A stretch of 64,000 nucleotides of DNA from assembly GCF_032191835.1 (NCBI RefSeq), contig NC_083243.1, positions 28,396,001 to 28,460,000 on the forward strand. The letters are read 5' to 3'. Shown one piece after another: positions 47,567 to 60,809 of this stretch. The notes under the pieces are model-generated. The model was not told the DNA's origin and searched no databases. It worked only from the letters and a program-made list of their open reading frames with translations. The position numbers and the translations under genes are program-made. How positions within the stretch are numbered: position 1 is the stretch's first letter; the number at the start of each line of letters is the position of its first letter. This stretch comes from Heteronotia binoei (taxonomy: Eukaryota).

Positions 47567-50500
47567 ACTTGATTTAAAAAAAAAATAGTTGTGCTTTACT
47601 TCTGCTTCTGTCGCAAATCATTTTTGTTTTGAATTTACATTTTTACTATTTAGTTATGGGTGATTGCATGTTTACAATACCTTCTGTTTCTTCAGATCGC
47701 AAATATATATATCTCGCCGCGAAACTTAAGTATTTTTTGCTGTCGTCTAATCATCATGACGTCGCGCAATGGGGTCTCCAGCAGACCCTATATTCGTAAG
47801 AAGGAATGGTTGTAACAAAACGCAGAAATCAGGTTTGACAGTTTAGCGACCCCATTCCGCCTAAGTTAATGAATGTTTATCCCAGGACCCTAATTATATA
47901 ACCTGATCTTCTGCAGTAAATATGAAGGTAGATTATTAGCATTAGCACTGATTCACTGATTTTAGCAGGAGGAAAAGGCTGCAATCCTAAAAGTGTTTTC
48001 CTGTGAGTAAGTGCCACTAAATAATAGGGTTTACAAGGCTTGAGTTCAAATCCCACCACTGCCATGACGTTTCCCCCAAGGGTATAAGTAACTGTTGTAA
48101 ATGTCAGATAGATACAGCTGAAGAAGTAAGCTGTGCGTCACAAAAGCTTATACCCCAAAAAAGCCCAGCAGGAACTCATCTGTTTTATAGTTCTGGCCAA
48201 GTTCTCCAAACTGGGGAGGTGGCCGGGGGGGACGGGGGGAGCAGTGCTTCCTCTTGCCCCTAAACATGATCCTATACATGTTTACCTGGAAGCTGAAAGC
48301 CCCTTACTCCTCAAAGGGACTTCCTGAATAAGCAAACAGCACATTTCTAAAAAAAACCCTACATCCTTCAGGTCTAAACCGATGGAGTCAGATTCTGTTA
48401 GACGAATGTAAATCTTAGAACAGCCCTGCTGGATCAGACTGGGGTACATCAATTTCAGCAAATGACACCTCACCCTGCACATTCTGCATTTCATGGCTCC
48501 TTGTATGGTACTAGTCACTGTGGCCAGGCCTCGAGCAGGAGCTGACAGGAGCAGAGCTATAGAACCTCCAAATTTTATTGTGCTCTTTCTCCCCCCAACC
48601 TTCAAATACTTGCTTCTGGGCTCCATTGTTTAAACCCCCTGTGAGAGTTTTGCTGAGCTCTAAGATTTAACAAACTTTCTAATATTTGCCCCCACAAACA
48701 ATGTGAAAATAACCAAAACTGACAGATGGAAATCTTCATCATGCCACTGTGGCTACAAAGGAGAAAGTAATTTTAAAAGTATGATGGGAGTAAGGTTTTA
48801 GTTTGACAATGATAAATTTAAGAAGCATTTTAAGGTGGATGCTGAGCTGACAAAATTTAGTACACCTTGCAGTGATGTAGCAAATGCAAATGATGTGCTA
48901 ATGAGCTCCAGCACCTCTTTTTCTGCAAAATGACCCGACTGTGGCTAAAGCTTTTCTGAAAAACTAGAGCCTTCCCTGAGCTTCTTTCCATGTAGCAGCC
49001 ATCTTATTGCAATCTCACAGGCTTTTCAAGACAACAGGTGTTCCAAATTTCCTGCACTGTGCAGGGGGTTGGACTAGATGGCCCTGGGGGTACCTTCCAA
49101 CTCTATGATTCTATTTATTTATTTATAAAACTAGATTTTTAAAAAAGAAAACTGCCCTTCCCCACTTATGTGGGATTCAGGATGGTTTACAACAGTTTAA
49201 TTACAATATGAAAAAAGTTAAAACATGTAAAAACAATATTTAAAACATTCTGAACACTGAAACATTTTAAAACAAACCTTTTTTTTGGCCACTGTGTGAC
49301 CCACACTATGAGTGTTGGACTGGATGGGCTATTGGCCTGATCCAACATGGCTTCTCTTACGTTCTTATGCTAAGGTGGCAGGGCAGGGCTAACATTCAGT
49401 CTTGGGGAAGGGGAGGGTGCCAGGCAGATATAGTTTGCCCATTGCCTCTTTCTGTAGCAGTGCTGGACTTCACAATTTCACAGAGAAATTATTAGGGACT
49501 GTGGCCTTTGCTACTGTGTTTTGCTTACTGAAGGTAGCATCCTGTTATGTAATTTACATTTCATTTAATGTTTTCTGTTTAACGTAATTGAACTAGGATC
49601 CTACTATGTAATTTTTGTGTCATTTAATGTGCCATGTTAAGGTTTCTGTTAAGGTGCTTCCCTTCTGTTTCTAGATTTTGGACTGGTTCTACAACCTATT
49701 GTATTGTTTACTGAATGTCCCATTCTGCCGATTGGTATTGATTTACTCTGTGTAATCCATCTTAAATCCAAGTGGGAAAGGCAGACTATAAATGATGGAA
49801 ACAAACAAATATAGATTCCTTGATGGTCTCCCACCAAACATCAAACAGAGTTGACCGCACTTAACTTAATGAAATAAGAGGGCGGGCAAAGATAGCCCAG
49901 GCCAAGGTTCCCAACCTCCAGGTGGGGCCTGGATATCTCCTGGAATTACAGCTGCTCTCTTTAAGTCAAAAATAGGTTCAAGTAGAGCAGCCTCCAGGTG
50001 GAGCTTGGATATCTCCCACTTTTACAATTGATCACCAACAGGCAGAGATCAGCTCCCCTGGAGAAAATTTCAGTTTCGGAGGGATTTTGTGTTGTATAAA
50101 TATGTTTGTTTATATTATGTTTGGCTATCACTGTAAGTACTGTGTTTATTACTAGTAAATACTGGATAAGTAGGAATAATAAGGAGTATTATTTTTGTTA
50201 CACCGAGAGGCTTTGAGATGTTTTCTTTTACAGTGGTCCCAGCTTTGATTGCCACCCCTGGAGAAAATGGCTGCTTTGAAGGGTGGATTCTATGGCATTG
50301 TACCATGCTGAGGCTTCTCCCCTCCCCAAATCGTACCATCTCCTGGATCCACCCACAAAGTCTCCAGGTATTTTCCGACACAGACCTGGCAAGTGGCAAC
50401 CCTAAGTGGACTCTATGGCATTGTACCCTGCTAAGGTCCCTTCCTTCACCCAATTCTACCCTCACCCCGCTCCACCTCCAAAATCTCCAGGTATTTACTA

Positions 50501-50569
50501 ACCCAGAGTTGGCAACGTACAAAGTGAGGACCTCTACTATAGTAAGACAGCCCTCAACCCTCTCTGCTT

Positions 50570-51250
50570 GAAGCCAATACTACAGAGACGCAGAAACAAG
50601 ACACTGCGCAAGCGCATAAAGGCTGGCGGGTGGGAGTGCCTCTCTAAGGGCGCTAGGTAGCGGCGACTGCGCACAGCGAGCGTCCTCGGCGCAAGGAGAA
50701 AGCCGGGAGGTGTCAGGGCGAGGAGCGCTATCGCCACTGCGCATGCGCGCATGTCAAAGCCCCGCGATCATGAAGACCACCTTGTGTTTCCCGCAGTTAA
50801 TAGGAGAGGGCGGAGGTGAGTCACTGCGCTTGCGTCATCCTAGGGGCGGGAGAGGTGAGAGGACGCGTGTGTGTGCGCTTCTAAAGGTTCGGAGGACGGC
50901 GCCACTGCGTTTGCGCCGCTCTGAGGGAGGGAGGGGCGGGGCTGACACGGTCGCGCTCCCGGGTTGAGGGAGAGCTCGACGCTCTGAGGTTGCCAGGGTG
51001 ACGGGGATACAACATGGCGCGCTGACAGCTCCGCCGTGGGGAGGGGGTCTGGAGCCGCTGAGGGGACCGTGTCCTCGCCACCCACCCCCTCCCCACCGCC
51101 CGGCTCGGCGGGCTCCCAGGGGAAAAGCGAGCGGAGGATGAACAGTAAGGAAGGGCCGGAGCAGCAGCAGGACCTCCTGCAGGGGAAGAGCGGGGAGGGG
51201 GCTGCTTGGATCTGTTTGTGCAGCATGGAGTAAGGTTGCCAAGTCCTATT
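50570..51250 (+). promoter_or_regulatory. MOK CpG-island promoter
   Basis: CpG-dense; four NRF1-like TGCGCATGCGCA variants (50605, 50738, 50825, 50906); X-box-like GTTGCCAGGGTGAC at 50989-51002; AACATGGCG at 51011. Confidence 0.8.
51138..51144 (+). CDS. MOK: MOK exon 1 coding part (ATG AAC A)
   Basis: GAGGATGA context followed by a GTAAGG donor; 7-nt phase-1 microexon that fits exon 2. Confidence 0.85.
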
Positions 51251-52287
51251 CAAGAAATATCTGGGGACTTTGGGGGTGGAGCCAGGAGACTTTGGGGGAG
51301 GAGCCAAGAGCAAGGTTGCAACAAGCATAATTGAGCTCCGAAGGAAGTTCTGGCCATCACATATAAAGGGATCGCGCACCTTTTACATGCCTTCCCTCCA
51401 CTGGAAATAATGAAGGATAGGGGCACCTTCTTCTGGGGCTCGTAGAATTGAACCCCTTAGTCCAAACTTTTTGAAACTTGGAGGGTACTTTGAGAAGAGG
51501 CATAGGATGGTATACGGGAAATTTGGTGCCTCTACCTCAAAAAACAGCCCACCCAGAGCCCTAGATACCTGCAGATCAATTCTCCATTATTCCCTATGGG
51601 AATCGGTCTCCAAAGGGAATAATGGAGTGCTCAGCAGACATTCCCCCCCCCCCCCCGGCTTTCTGATGACCCCTGAACCGGAGGATCCCCTGCGCACACC
51701 TGGGGATTGGCAACCCTAGGTTGGGGGCTTGGGTCTGTTTGTGCAACATGAAGCCATAGGCTTACCCCTGGGGAGGGTAAGGAATATGGTTGCCAGGTCC
51801 AATACAATAAATATCTGGTGACTTTGGGGGTGGAGCCAGGAGACACTGGGGAGGAGCCAAGAGCAAGGTTGCGAAAGCATAATTGAACTCCGAAGGGAGT
51901 TCTGGCTATTGCATATAAAGGGATCATGCACCTTTTAAATGCCTTCCCTCCATTGGAAATAATGAAGGATAGGGGCACCTTATTTTGGGGCTCATAGAAT
52001 TGGACCCCCTGATCCAATCTTTTTGAAACTTAGAGAATGTTTTGAGGAGAGGCACTGGATGCTATGTTGGAAATTTGGTGCCTCTGTCTCAAAAGCTAGC
52101 TTCTCCAGAGCCCCAGATACCTGTAGATCAATTCTCCATTATACACTAGGAAATCAGCCTCCATAGGAAATAATGGAGTGCCCAGCAGACATTTCCCTTC
52201 CCCCCCTGCTTTCTGATGACCCTGAAGCGGGGGGAGGACCTCCAAATCAGGGGATCCCCTGCCCCCACCTGGGGATTGGCAGCCCCT
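51233..52287. mobile_element. Two tandem copies (about 51233-51718 and 51787-52287) of a MITE with AGGGTTGCCA/TGGCAACCCT termini; related pieces at about 3920-4100, 43090-43300, 45800-46180, 49890-50520
   Basis: The two copies align over about 480 bp and share the terminal inverted motifs; superfamily not assigned. Confidence 0.7.
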
Positions 52288-54401
52288 AGTACAGAATCAG
52301 GAAGGGATGTATCTTTATTGAGGGAAGGGTATTTCGGTTTTTACCCAAATGCGACTGTGAAGGTAGGCAGGGGTATGTGGATGGGGAGCGAAGAAACAGA
52401 AGAGTGGGGGTGGGGGTGGACATGTCCCTTCTCTGCCCCCAATGAGTATGCAAAAAATAATTCCACCCAAGTTGTCCTTTTGGGGACATGATCCCACCAT
52501 GTTCACATGTACCCTTTCTGTGTAAAACAAAAACAAAACGTTTTTTTGAGTGGTGCCCTTCTGGGGACCCAGTCTGACTAAATATCACAGTTAGTACTGG
52601 TCTGTAGTAGACAGGAGACAACTTACACTGTAAGCCGTAGGCTGGTTTCACACTCACTAAATAATACATTTTCAATCCACTTCCAAGGCACTTTCCAACT
52701 GGGTTTTATTGTGTGGACTGGGAACATCCAGTTGGAAAGTGCATTGGAAGTGTGTACGATTGCAGCCTAGGAATACTTTCTTGGGAATAAGCCCCACTGA
52801 ATAGAGGCTGAGTCGGATTCTGAGCGGACCAACTGAAAAGTGTTTAGTCCCCTTAGTACATGGGTTTAAATCTTGTAAATACATACATACAACTTTAACA
52901 CATTGTCCTCTTTCTCTTCCCTCCTCTTTCTCTGTCCCAAATTAGGCTTGCATGTAGTGCTAATAATGAATTTAGCCCTAATAATGAATTTGTGGTGCTA
53001 GCAGTGGAAGATATTAGCGCGGGGAGGGGGAAGTGGGGGGAAACAGGTAAGATGAAAGAAGCTCATAGGCACTTGAAAGCAAATCAGGCACACAGCATTA
53101 AGCTTTTCAAAGTGGCTGTTGAAATGTGAAGCAATGGAATAATTATTTAAAAGATTTCCATTCCATGCTACTCAGGAAAAGAACAGCATCAAGTACCTTG
53201 ATCCTAATGAACTAGAACTCAATTAACTTGGCTTCATTTATAAATCTGGCTCTTAAGAATTGAATGAAGATTAAGGACACTTCTCATATTGCAAAAATAA
53301 AATAAAATCCTCTTGCATTCAGCTAGGCATGGATTGAAATTGAGTGTGTTGCCCTTTTAATTCTTATTGCCCCACCAGCCAGTTTATTTCAGTTCCAAGT
53401 GGGTAAACTGATACCTACCATGTTTTCAGTCCATTTCATGCACTTGGTGGTCATACTGTCTACGAAAGGTTTTGTTAAAAAGAAACATTTTATTTATTGA
53501 TTGATTTGATTCATATCCCACCCTCCCCGCTGAAGCAGGCTCAGGCCGGCTCACAGTATAAAATCACAACATTTGCATTGCTGCCCATTCCAATGAAATT
53601 TCCCAAAGCTAATTCTGAGTGTGTGTGGTCAGAAAGAGTTCTGTGGGTCTTACACTCTGGCAGAGGAAAAGGAAAGGTCCCCTGTGCAAGCACCAGTCAT
53701 TTCCAACTCTGTGGTGATGTTGCTTTCACAACGTGTTCATGGCAGACTTTTTACGGGGTGGTTTGCCATTGCCTTCCCCAGTCATCTACACTTTCCCCCC
53801 AGCAAGCAGAGATGTGTAGCTTTATTTGAAAGACTTCCACTGAAATAAATAGAATGGTCAACAAAAAGCTAATGTACGTAGCCCATATGTATACTGTAAT
53901 TCTAAACAAAGAAGCAGGGGAAGAATTTTTGTAGGGTCCATAGTTCAGTCATACACCATATGGTTTGTATTCATAACATCCCTCTGTTGTATCTTCAAGC
54001 AAAGGTACTCAGGTAGCACAGCAGGAAAATATCCACCTGAGACCCTGTAGAGCAGGCAATACCTTCCCGGGTGGGCTAGTGTTATTTTTCTTATATCGTT
54101 TGTGAAAACGAGACATCCGGTATTATGGCATGTGTGCAACAGTTGTACTTTCAGACTGTGCTTTGTGCACTGATCTTGATAGGATCAGTTATGTTATTTG
54201 AGCTAACGAGTCAGTATGGTGTGGTCACAGTGTGGTTAGCTGCTACCGGGTGTGCTGCTGGGGAACACCTGACCCTTAATAAAATTCTGTTTAGATACCA
54301 GAGCTGATCATGCCTTTAATTTAATTAAAAGCATGCCTAACCTGCCCCTCCACAGAGATAGATCCAGGTGGGCAGCCATGTTGTTCTGAATCAACAGAAC
54401 A

Positions 54402-54539
54402 AAGTTGGAGTCCAATAACACCTTTAAGACCGACAAAGTTTTATTTACCATGTAAGCTTTTGTGTGTTGAAGCCCACAAAAGCTTACATTCTAAATAAAA
54501 CTTTGTCGGTCTTAAAGGTGCTACTGGACTCCAACTTTG
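54402..54539. repeat. Fold-back (palindromic) element of the GAGTCCAGTAGCACCTTTAAGACCAAC family, probably Penelope/Neptune-derived
   Basis: About 46-bp near-perfect inverted arms CAAAGTTGGAGTCC...TTTTATTT; many related single arms occur across the window. Confidence 0.7.
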
Positions 54540-56007
54540 CCTCTCCACCTTTATAGATCCGTGGGGTAGTTCATAGATTGAAAGCAGTGTAAGAACCCAT
54601 CAAAAATATACAGGTTTTTTTAAAGTGAAAAAGGGACCTAAAAGCTGATTGAAAGGTAAAAAGAATAAAGGAAATGCCAGTGAATCCAAATATAATGCCA
54701 TGCAATTAACCCACAGCCTAAGCAGAACCTATAGGTTTGAAGATCCTGTCAAATATGACAACCTCCAGCGTGTGGCAGAAGGCCAAGATGAGGTGGAGTC
54801 AGGTGGCCTTCTCCTAGGACATTCTAGGCACTTGTTACTCCTGTGATCGTCTTATCTCTTGTAGCCACTAAAGGTATTTCAGGTGATGGAAGCACAGGCC
54901 TCATTTTGGGCAGGAGCTCACAGGAGCAGAGCTCCAGAACATCTAAATTTTATCACGCTCTTTCTTTCCTACCACCCCCCCCCCCAATACTTCCTTCTGG
55001 GCTCCGTTGTTCAAACCCCCTGTGAGAATTTTGCTGAACTCTTAAGATTTGACAAACTTTCTAATATTTCCCCCCACAAAAAAGGGGGAAATAGCCAAAA
55101 CATATAAAGCAGACAAATAGAAATTTCATCATGCCACTGTGGCCACATAGGAGAAAGTAATGTAATGTAAAGTAATGAAAGTAATGTTAAAAGTATGACA
55201 ATTTATCATGACAATTATAATTCAGGAAGAATTTTAAGGTAGATGCTGAGCTGATATAATTTAGTACACCTTCCGGTGATGTCAGGGGTGTGTGGCATAT
55301 GCAAAAGAGTTATGCAAATAAGTTGTGATAATAAGTTCTGGCACCTCTTTTCTAAAAGAAGGACCCCTGAAGTAAGGTATCCAAGATGATCCTGGAGTCC
55401 AGGGAACTATACAGGGAAAGGCAATCTTTGTGTTACCGTAACTCCAGGCTTGTCTTAAGACTTTAAAGATCACAACAAACAGGGCACAGAAACTCTGAAA
55501 TGGGCTCAGAAACAAACCACATGGCCAGAAGATGAAACAGAATAGTAGTTGTTTGCTCCCAGCATGACAGCGGCAGCACTTTGAGTGAACAGCATTTTCC
55601 AGACACTATTCTGATTACTGTACGTAGACACTATTACAGTAATCAAGTCTGTGGGACAAAGGCATGAGTAGCAATGGCCAAAGCCCTCCTGTCTTGAAAG
55701 GAGTACAGCCGGTCAATCAACCAAAGCAGATTAAAAGCATTCCTGACCGTAGCTGCCCCCTAACTATCTTAAAGCAGCATATCAGGAAGACTCAGTAATC
55801 TCCATTGGGGTCCACAGTTTTGGAAGCAAAGTGGAAGGTTTAATTTGTTTAAACCAGCAACTCTAAGTGCAAATCCTTAGTCTTCAGAGCTGTACTGGGC
55901 CCGTATTATGGATCAATGCAGCTCTCATGATGTAGATACCAGCAGCTGCCTTTATTATAGTACAGTCCTTCAACATAGGTACCCCAGGGTTAGACTGGAG
56001 TAACCCT

Positions 56008-56359
56008 TGTAACGTACTGAGACGGGAGACGTCGGTAGGGCAACATGCTTTAATGGAGACACGTTACAAGAGAGCGAGCACGCAGGCCGGGTCCCGCTTA
56101 TATACATTCCCGGAACTTCTTCCCCGACAGGCCAGCCCAATCCTGGCCTGTTGAACTTCCCGCCGCTGCTGGTGATTGGCGGGCTCAGCGCTTCCCGCGA
56201 AGTCGCCTGGGTGTCCCCAGTCGCCTCCGCTGTCCAGCTACGCGGACTAACGCTATTGCGTCATAACGAAATGGTTGCTGTATTGTGTTATAACAAAATG
56301 GTTGCCACATTGTGTTATAACGAAATGGTTGTCGCCTTACGCTATCGCAATATGCTACA
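56008..56359 (-). mobile_element. Solo LTR, 352 bp, CpG-rich, in MOK intron 1
   Basis: TGTA...TACA termini; 5-bp TSD ACCCT/AACCT (1 mismatch); CCAAT, TATATAA and ATTAAA in LTR order on the minus strand. Confidence 0.8.
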
Positions 56360-59300
56360 AACCTGCTGAAGGATTGTGCTGGTAGCTGCCAGCTCAGGTT
56401 TTTCTCTCTTTTCCCTTTCCAGTGTTACTGTGAAAAAATGGCAGTAATGCCTATGTAGGAAATAATTTACATGCCTAATGGGGGAGAAAAATGTGTATGT
56501 TCGTAACCAACAGCTTCTCCAGTCTGCAGAGACAAAAGGAATTCAGATTAAGCAAGGGCACCTGGTTTCATGGAGGGGAGCAGGAGAGCTTTGTAAAGGC
56601 TTGGAGAACATGTGATGGTGCTGTGCAGCGATTGCAAGAGGAAAGAGGAAAGGATATTCACATCTGGATCTCAATATTTGCTAAGCACTTGTGTGTTATG
56701 TTACAATGCGCTCCTGTGGAGAGTTACTTCAGTCTAAGTCCACTGAAATCAGTACACTTAAAACTGAAGTAATTCTGCACAGGATTACCCTGCCACTGTC
56801 CAAGAAAACCCCTGCTGGATTTGACAAGTGGTCCATCTAGCCCAGCATCCTGTTTCACACAGTGGCCAACCAGTTGCCCCTGAAGGCCACCCAACAGGTC
56901 TTAGAAGCTTAGACTTTCCCTGATGTTGCTTCCTAGCATGGGGCTTCAGAGGTTTAACATCTCTGAATGTGGAGGTTCACATTACTTACCATGGTTAGTA
57001 TGTAACCACTGATGGACCTCTCCTCTGAGAATCTATGTAACCACCTCCGTTTAAAGCTACCTAAACTTTTGGCCCATGATTACCTCTGCTGGCAGCAAAT
57101 GCCACAGTTTAATTACTCACTGAATGAATACTTCATTTGGTTTTTCCTGTTAACAATTCCTGTTAATAATAATGTGAGAATGTCTGCACCTGGAAGTCAT
57201 GGCAACCTCTGGAGCCTGACTCCTACTGGGGGCTTGGAGGCTATTCAGAGAGGTGGCTGAATAACGCCTGTCCCCAACTCCAAACTGCTGGTATTTCAAG
57301 GTCTCCCATCCACGTACTAACCAGAGTTGATCCAGCTTAGCTTCTGAGATCTAACAAGATCAGGCTTGCTATCCAGGTCAGGGCTGTATTAATAATATTT
57401 TTTCTGCATCTGTAGTATTATATATATATATATATTTCCACTCTGAAAAATTCCCACACTCCCCCATGGTTCTAAAAATTTCCAAAAAAATTTACCTCTC
57501 TACATGACCCTGCTTGAAAGATAAATACCTCTGCCTGCCTTTGACTCTTTGGAGGATCCATCCAAGCATCGCTGTTCTTGATCTTGCAGCCTGGTCTCCA
57601 GGGAGGCCTCAGTCTCTTCCAAGCAGTGGTCTCAAACAGTGAGGTAGGAACTCACACATTGCAGATGGGGCAAAGCCAACGATCCATGGGTGCGTGTGGA
57701 GGAGTTACAGTGCATCAGAATGAAGGCGGTGTCGCCAGATAGTCTACCTTGTTTGTTTGTTTATTTATTATTAGATTTATATCCCGCCCTCCCCACCAGG
57801 GCAGGCTCAGGGCGGCTGAGCCTTAAACTGGTGTCCTAATATACCTGACTAATGTGGCCGTCTGGTGCTTTAGAAGAAATCACATTGTGTGTGACTGATG
57901 TCCTACATAAGCCCATTAACTCCAAAGTCAGCCAGTCTGCCTGTTGTATGTAAACCAGCTGCCCTCCCTTTATGCCTTCAGTGACCTTTTCTTCATCATC
58001 CTCTGCCCATTCCGCCTGGGCTGAAGGATGGCAGAGTTACAAACACACAATGAGGGAATACAACATTTTTCTGTGATTAAAAGCTAATTAGAGTCCTTTG
58101 TCAGGGGGGGGAGGCTTCTTTGTGGGGGGAGGGGCTTCCTTCTTGGGAGGTTTTTAAGCAGAGGCTAGAGGGCCATCTGACAGCGCTGCTGGTTTTATGA
58201 CTCACTGAATTTTGGCAGATCCATGAGAAAGGCGGGCAGGAAGGGATGAGCCAGTGCTCAGCTCTCATGGCCCTTTGTTTTATACCAGTTGCCATTTTGG
58301 GTTCAAGAAGGAGTCTTCCTCTAGGCCACATTGGCCCAGGGATTCTGGAGGGTTTTTGCCTTCCTCTGGACATTGAACAGGGAGTCACTGTTGTGTGTGG
58401 GGGGGAGATAGCTGTGAATTTCCTGTATTTCCCAGTTCTGCAAGGCTTGCAAGACAATATTATTATTCCAGTTAGCTTTTAACTGAATGACGACCACCGC
58501 CGCGATATTAGACCCAATCGGATGCCCAGGAACACTGAATGCCATCCTAAATCATAGGGAATTAGCACCAAATTGCTTAAACTGTTTTAAACGGTTTATT
58601 TTAATGTTTAATCTGTTTTTGTTGTTATTCTATTATGTTGTGAGCCATCCTGAGCCTTCTTTGGTGGGGAGGGTGGGATATAAAAAAAAATAAAATAAAC
58701 TTCTGCAGGGAGTTGGACTAGATGGCCTTTGGCATTACTTCCTGCTCTATGTGTCTACACTAGGCATAGTCCAGTACCCAAATGGGAGGCAGTGGGGGGG
58801 GGTTGCCTAAAAGACGTTCCAGGGAGTACCACGGCAGGGAGGGCGAGGTATAAATTGAATTGAACATAAACAAAAAAATTATAGTAAAGGAAGCTTAGTA
58901 TACTAGAATGCAAAGGACAGTGTTGTTCCTGGTGCCTTTGCACAATTACGCGGCATAAATTGTGCTGCTGTGGTGCGTTCTGTTTTAAAGGGGGATAGGG
59001 GAACCTCCCCAACAAAAAACTGATTTCTAGTTCTTTGGCATAGTGTGCCTGACTGCTTTGTAAAAAGAGTAGCAGTAGATGGGTATAAATATAGAATTCG
59101 GGACTCCCAAGCTCTGCCTTCCTCCTTGAGCTGCAGTGCAAACAGATCCACAATTGGAAGTCTCCAATGGCAAAGAATAGCAACCGGGAAAGAGACCTGC
59201 TTCTTCCGTTCTTGAAATAAGGACTCAGGAAAGCTGTGTGGAAAAAGCCTCTGTAGGGCTTAATGGCGACAGTTCTGTTTCTAACAGCAATTGGAAGAAA

Positions 59301-60694
59301 TTTTGTCACGAGAAATTAGCCAGTAGAGATTTCAGAAGAGCAATGCTCGCTCAGCGGCTTGGGAGCCACATGCAGCTCTTTCACACGCTGCATGTGGCTC
59401 TTCCGAGCACCACAGTTCCCCTACATGGTGTCTGCTCCTTGCTTCAGGGAAACGGGCAAGGCCCTTGCCTGGTGCAGGCTGTGGTTGGCTAGTGACTCCC
59501 TCTTGGGACAGAAAGAGGTTCTAACCGCCCTGTTTCTTGGAACGCCGGAGTTCAACTTGAAGGAAGGCATTTAACATCCAGCCTAATAAAGAGTCGTGGA
59601 GAACTGGAAAGCTTGCATGCTGTTCTGTTTCATAAGTCTTGACTTGCAAGCTCTTCTCCACGTTCCAGATACTCAAGGACTGGCCACGGTGCAACAGTGG
59701 CAGGGACAGACCACCTTACATGCTCAGAGGTACTCTGGCAATTTAAAAGGTTGTAGTTATAAGTTTAATACTAACGTACGTGTGCATTTGTGCGTATTTG
59801 GTGTGCATTTGTTGGGGTGGTGCAAAGAGCATCCAGTAGTCATGTTGCTCTTCAGTTTGAGGGTAATCACAAATATGGCTCTCTCTGAGCCGTGAGATGG
59901 GGGCTACTACTGTTTTGGAAACAGTTGATGTAGCGTTAATATACAGAAGAACACTCAAGATTCCTCTCTGCTTTCTAATTCAGAAGATGGTTAGGCAGAA
60001 AGTTAGTGTGGCTCTGCAAGTACTTATTGTAAAATGGATAAAGAATAGTTGAGAGAGTGATAAAATATAGAGTCTAGCCAAACACACGATTTAAGGAAAA
60101 TAATGGATCAAAATTATGTTTTAGCTCTGTGGGAGATCACAGAATCTTGCTCCAGCTGGGAACTGTGATAGAGATGTAGAATTTCCAAAGAGGACAAAAC
60201 CAGCCCAATAAATGCACGCTTAATTAAAACCCTATAGTTGTCAAGCTTTTTGTATGTCCGTAACTTGTTTTGGGCATGGATGCACATCACAGAACTTCTG
60301 AATACCAACGAGGCATGTATCTGATTAGCATTTTAATTCTGTGAACTTCTGTGGAAGAAAATGGCTATCTATGCTTGGCTTAATAGGAATTTAAAGTGCA
60401 CTTTAAAATCCTGGGAATTAATTCGTCACTGGACATGATCTTTCCACATAACATTCTGTAGTAAGAGCTGTACTTCTTAGAGTCATTATGCATTCATGAA
60501 AGATGTAACCTTAGCTTTTGACAGATAAAGTGATCATAGAAAGTTGGCTCAATTTACTGAACCTCTAGACTGGAAATGAGTAGACCATCAGTAAGCCACA
60601 ATTATGATTGTTATCTAAAACAATTTTCTTAAGCTATCTTTAAGATAATAAGCTCACAATCAGCACTAAAACCTAGTCTTGCTTATCTTTTTAG

Positions 60695-60809
60695 AATACA
60701 AAACAATTGGTAAAATAGGTGAGGGAACTTTTTCTGATGTCCTGAAGATACAGTGTCTGAAAGATGGAAAATTTTATGCATGTAAACAAATGAAACAGCA
60801 TTTTGAAAG
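60695..60809 (+). CDS. MOK: MOK kinase exon 2 (KYKTIGKIGEGTFSDVLKIQCLKDGKFYACKQMKQHFE), not in the ORF track
   Basis: Gly-rich loop GEGTFS and ACKQMK of the MOK/RAGE kinase; TTTTTAG acceptor, GTAAGC donor; 115 nt. Confidence 0.97.

Noticed and set aside
50835-52017. Several 120-180-aa ORFs around MOK exon 1
   Set aside because: CpG-island shadow frames plus MITE sequence; only the 7-nt ATGAACA is coding.
55601-55645. 11-bp inverted repeat with a 10-bp direct repeat
   Set aside because: Short enough to be a local replication-slippage or template-switch product; no functional evidence.
58755-59309. 184-aa minus-strand ORF in MOK intron 1
   Set aside because: No recognisable domain, no supporting splice structure, and it crosses low-complexity sequence.
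59363-59400. Perfect 14-bp stem hairpin GAGCCACATGCAGC/GCTGCATGTGGCTC
   Set aside because: Matches the internal palindrome of the hAT MITE family also seen at about 14240 and 18610.
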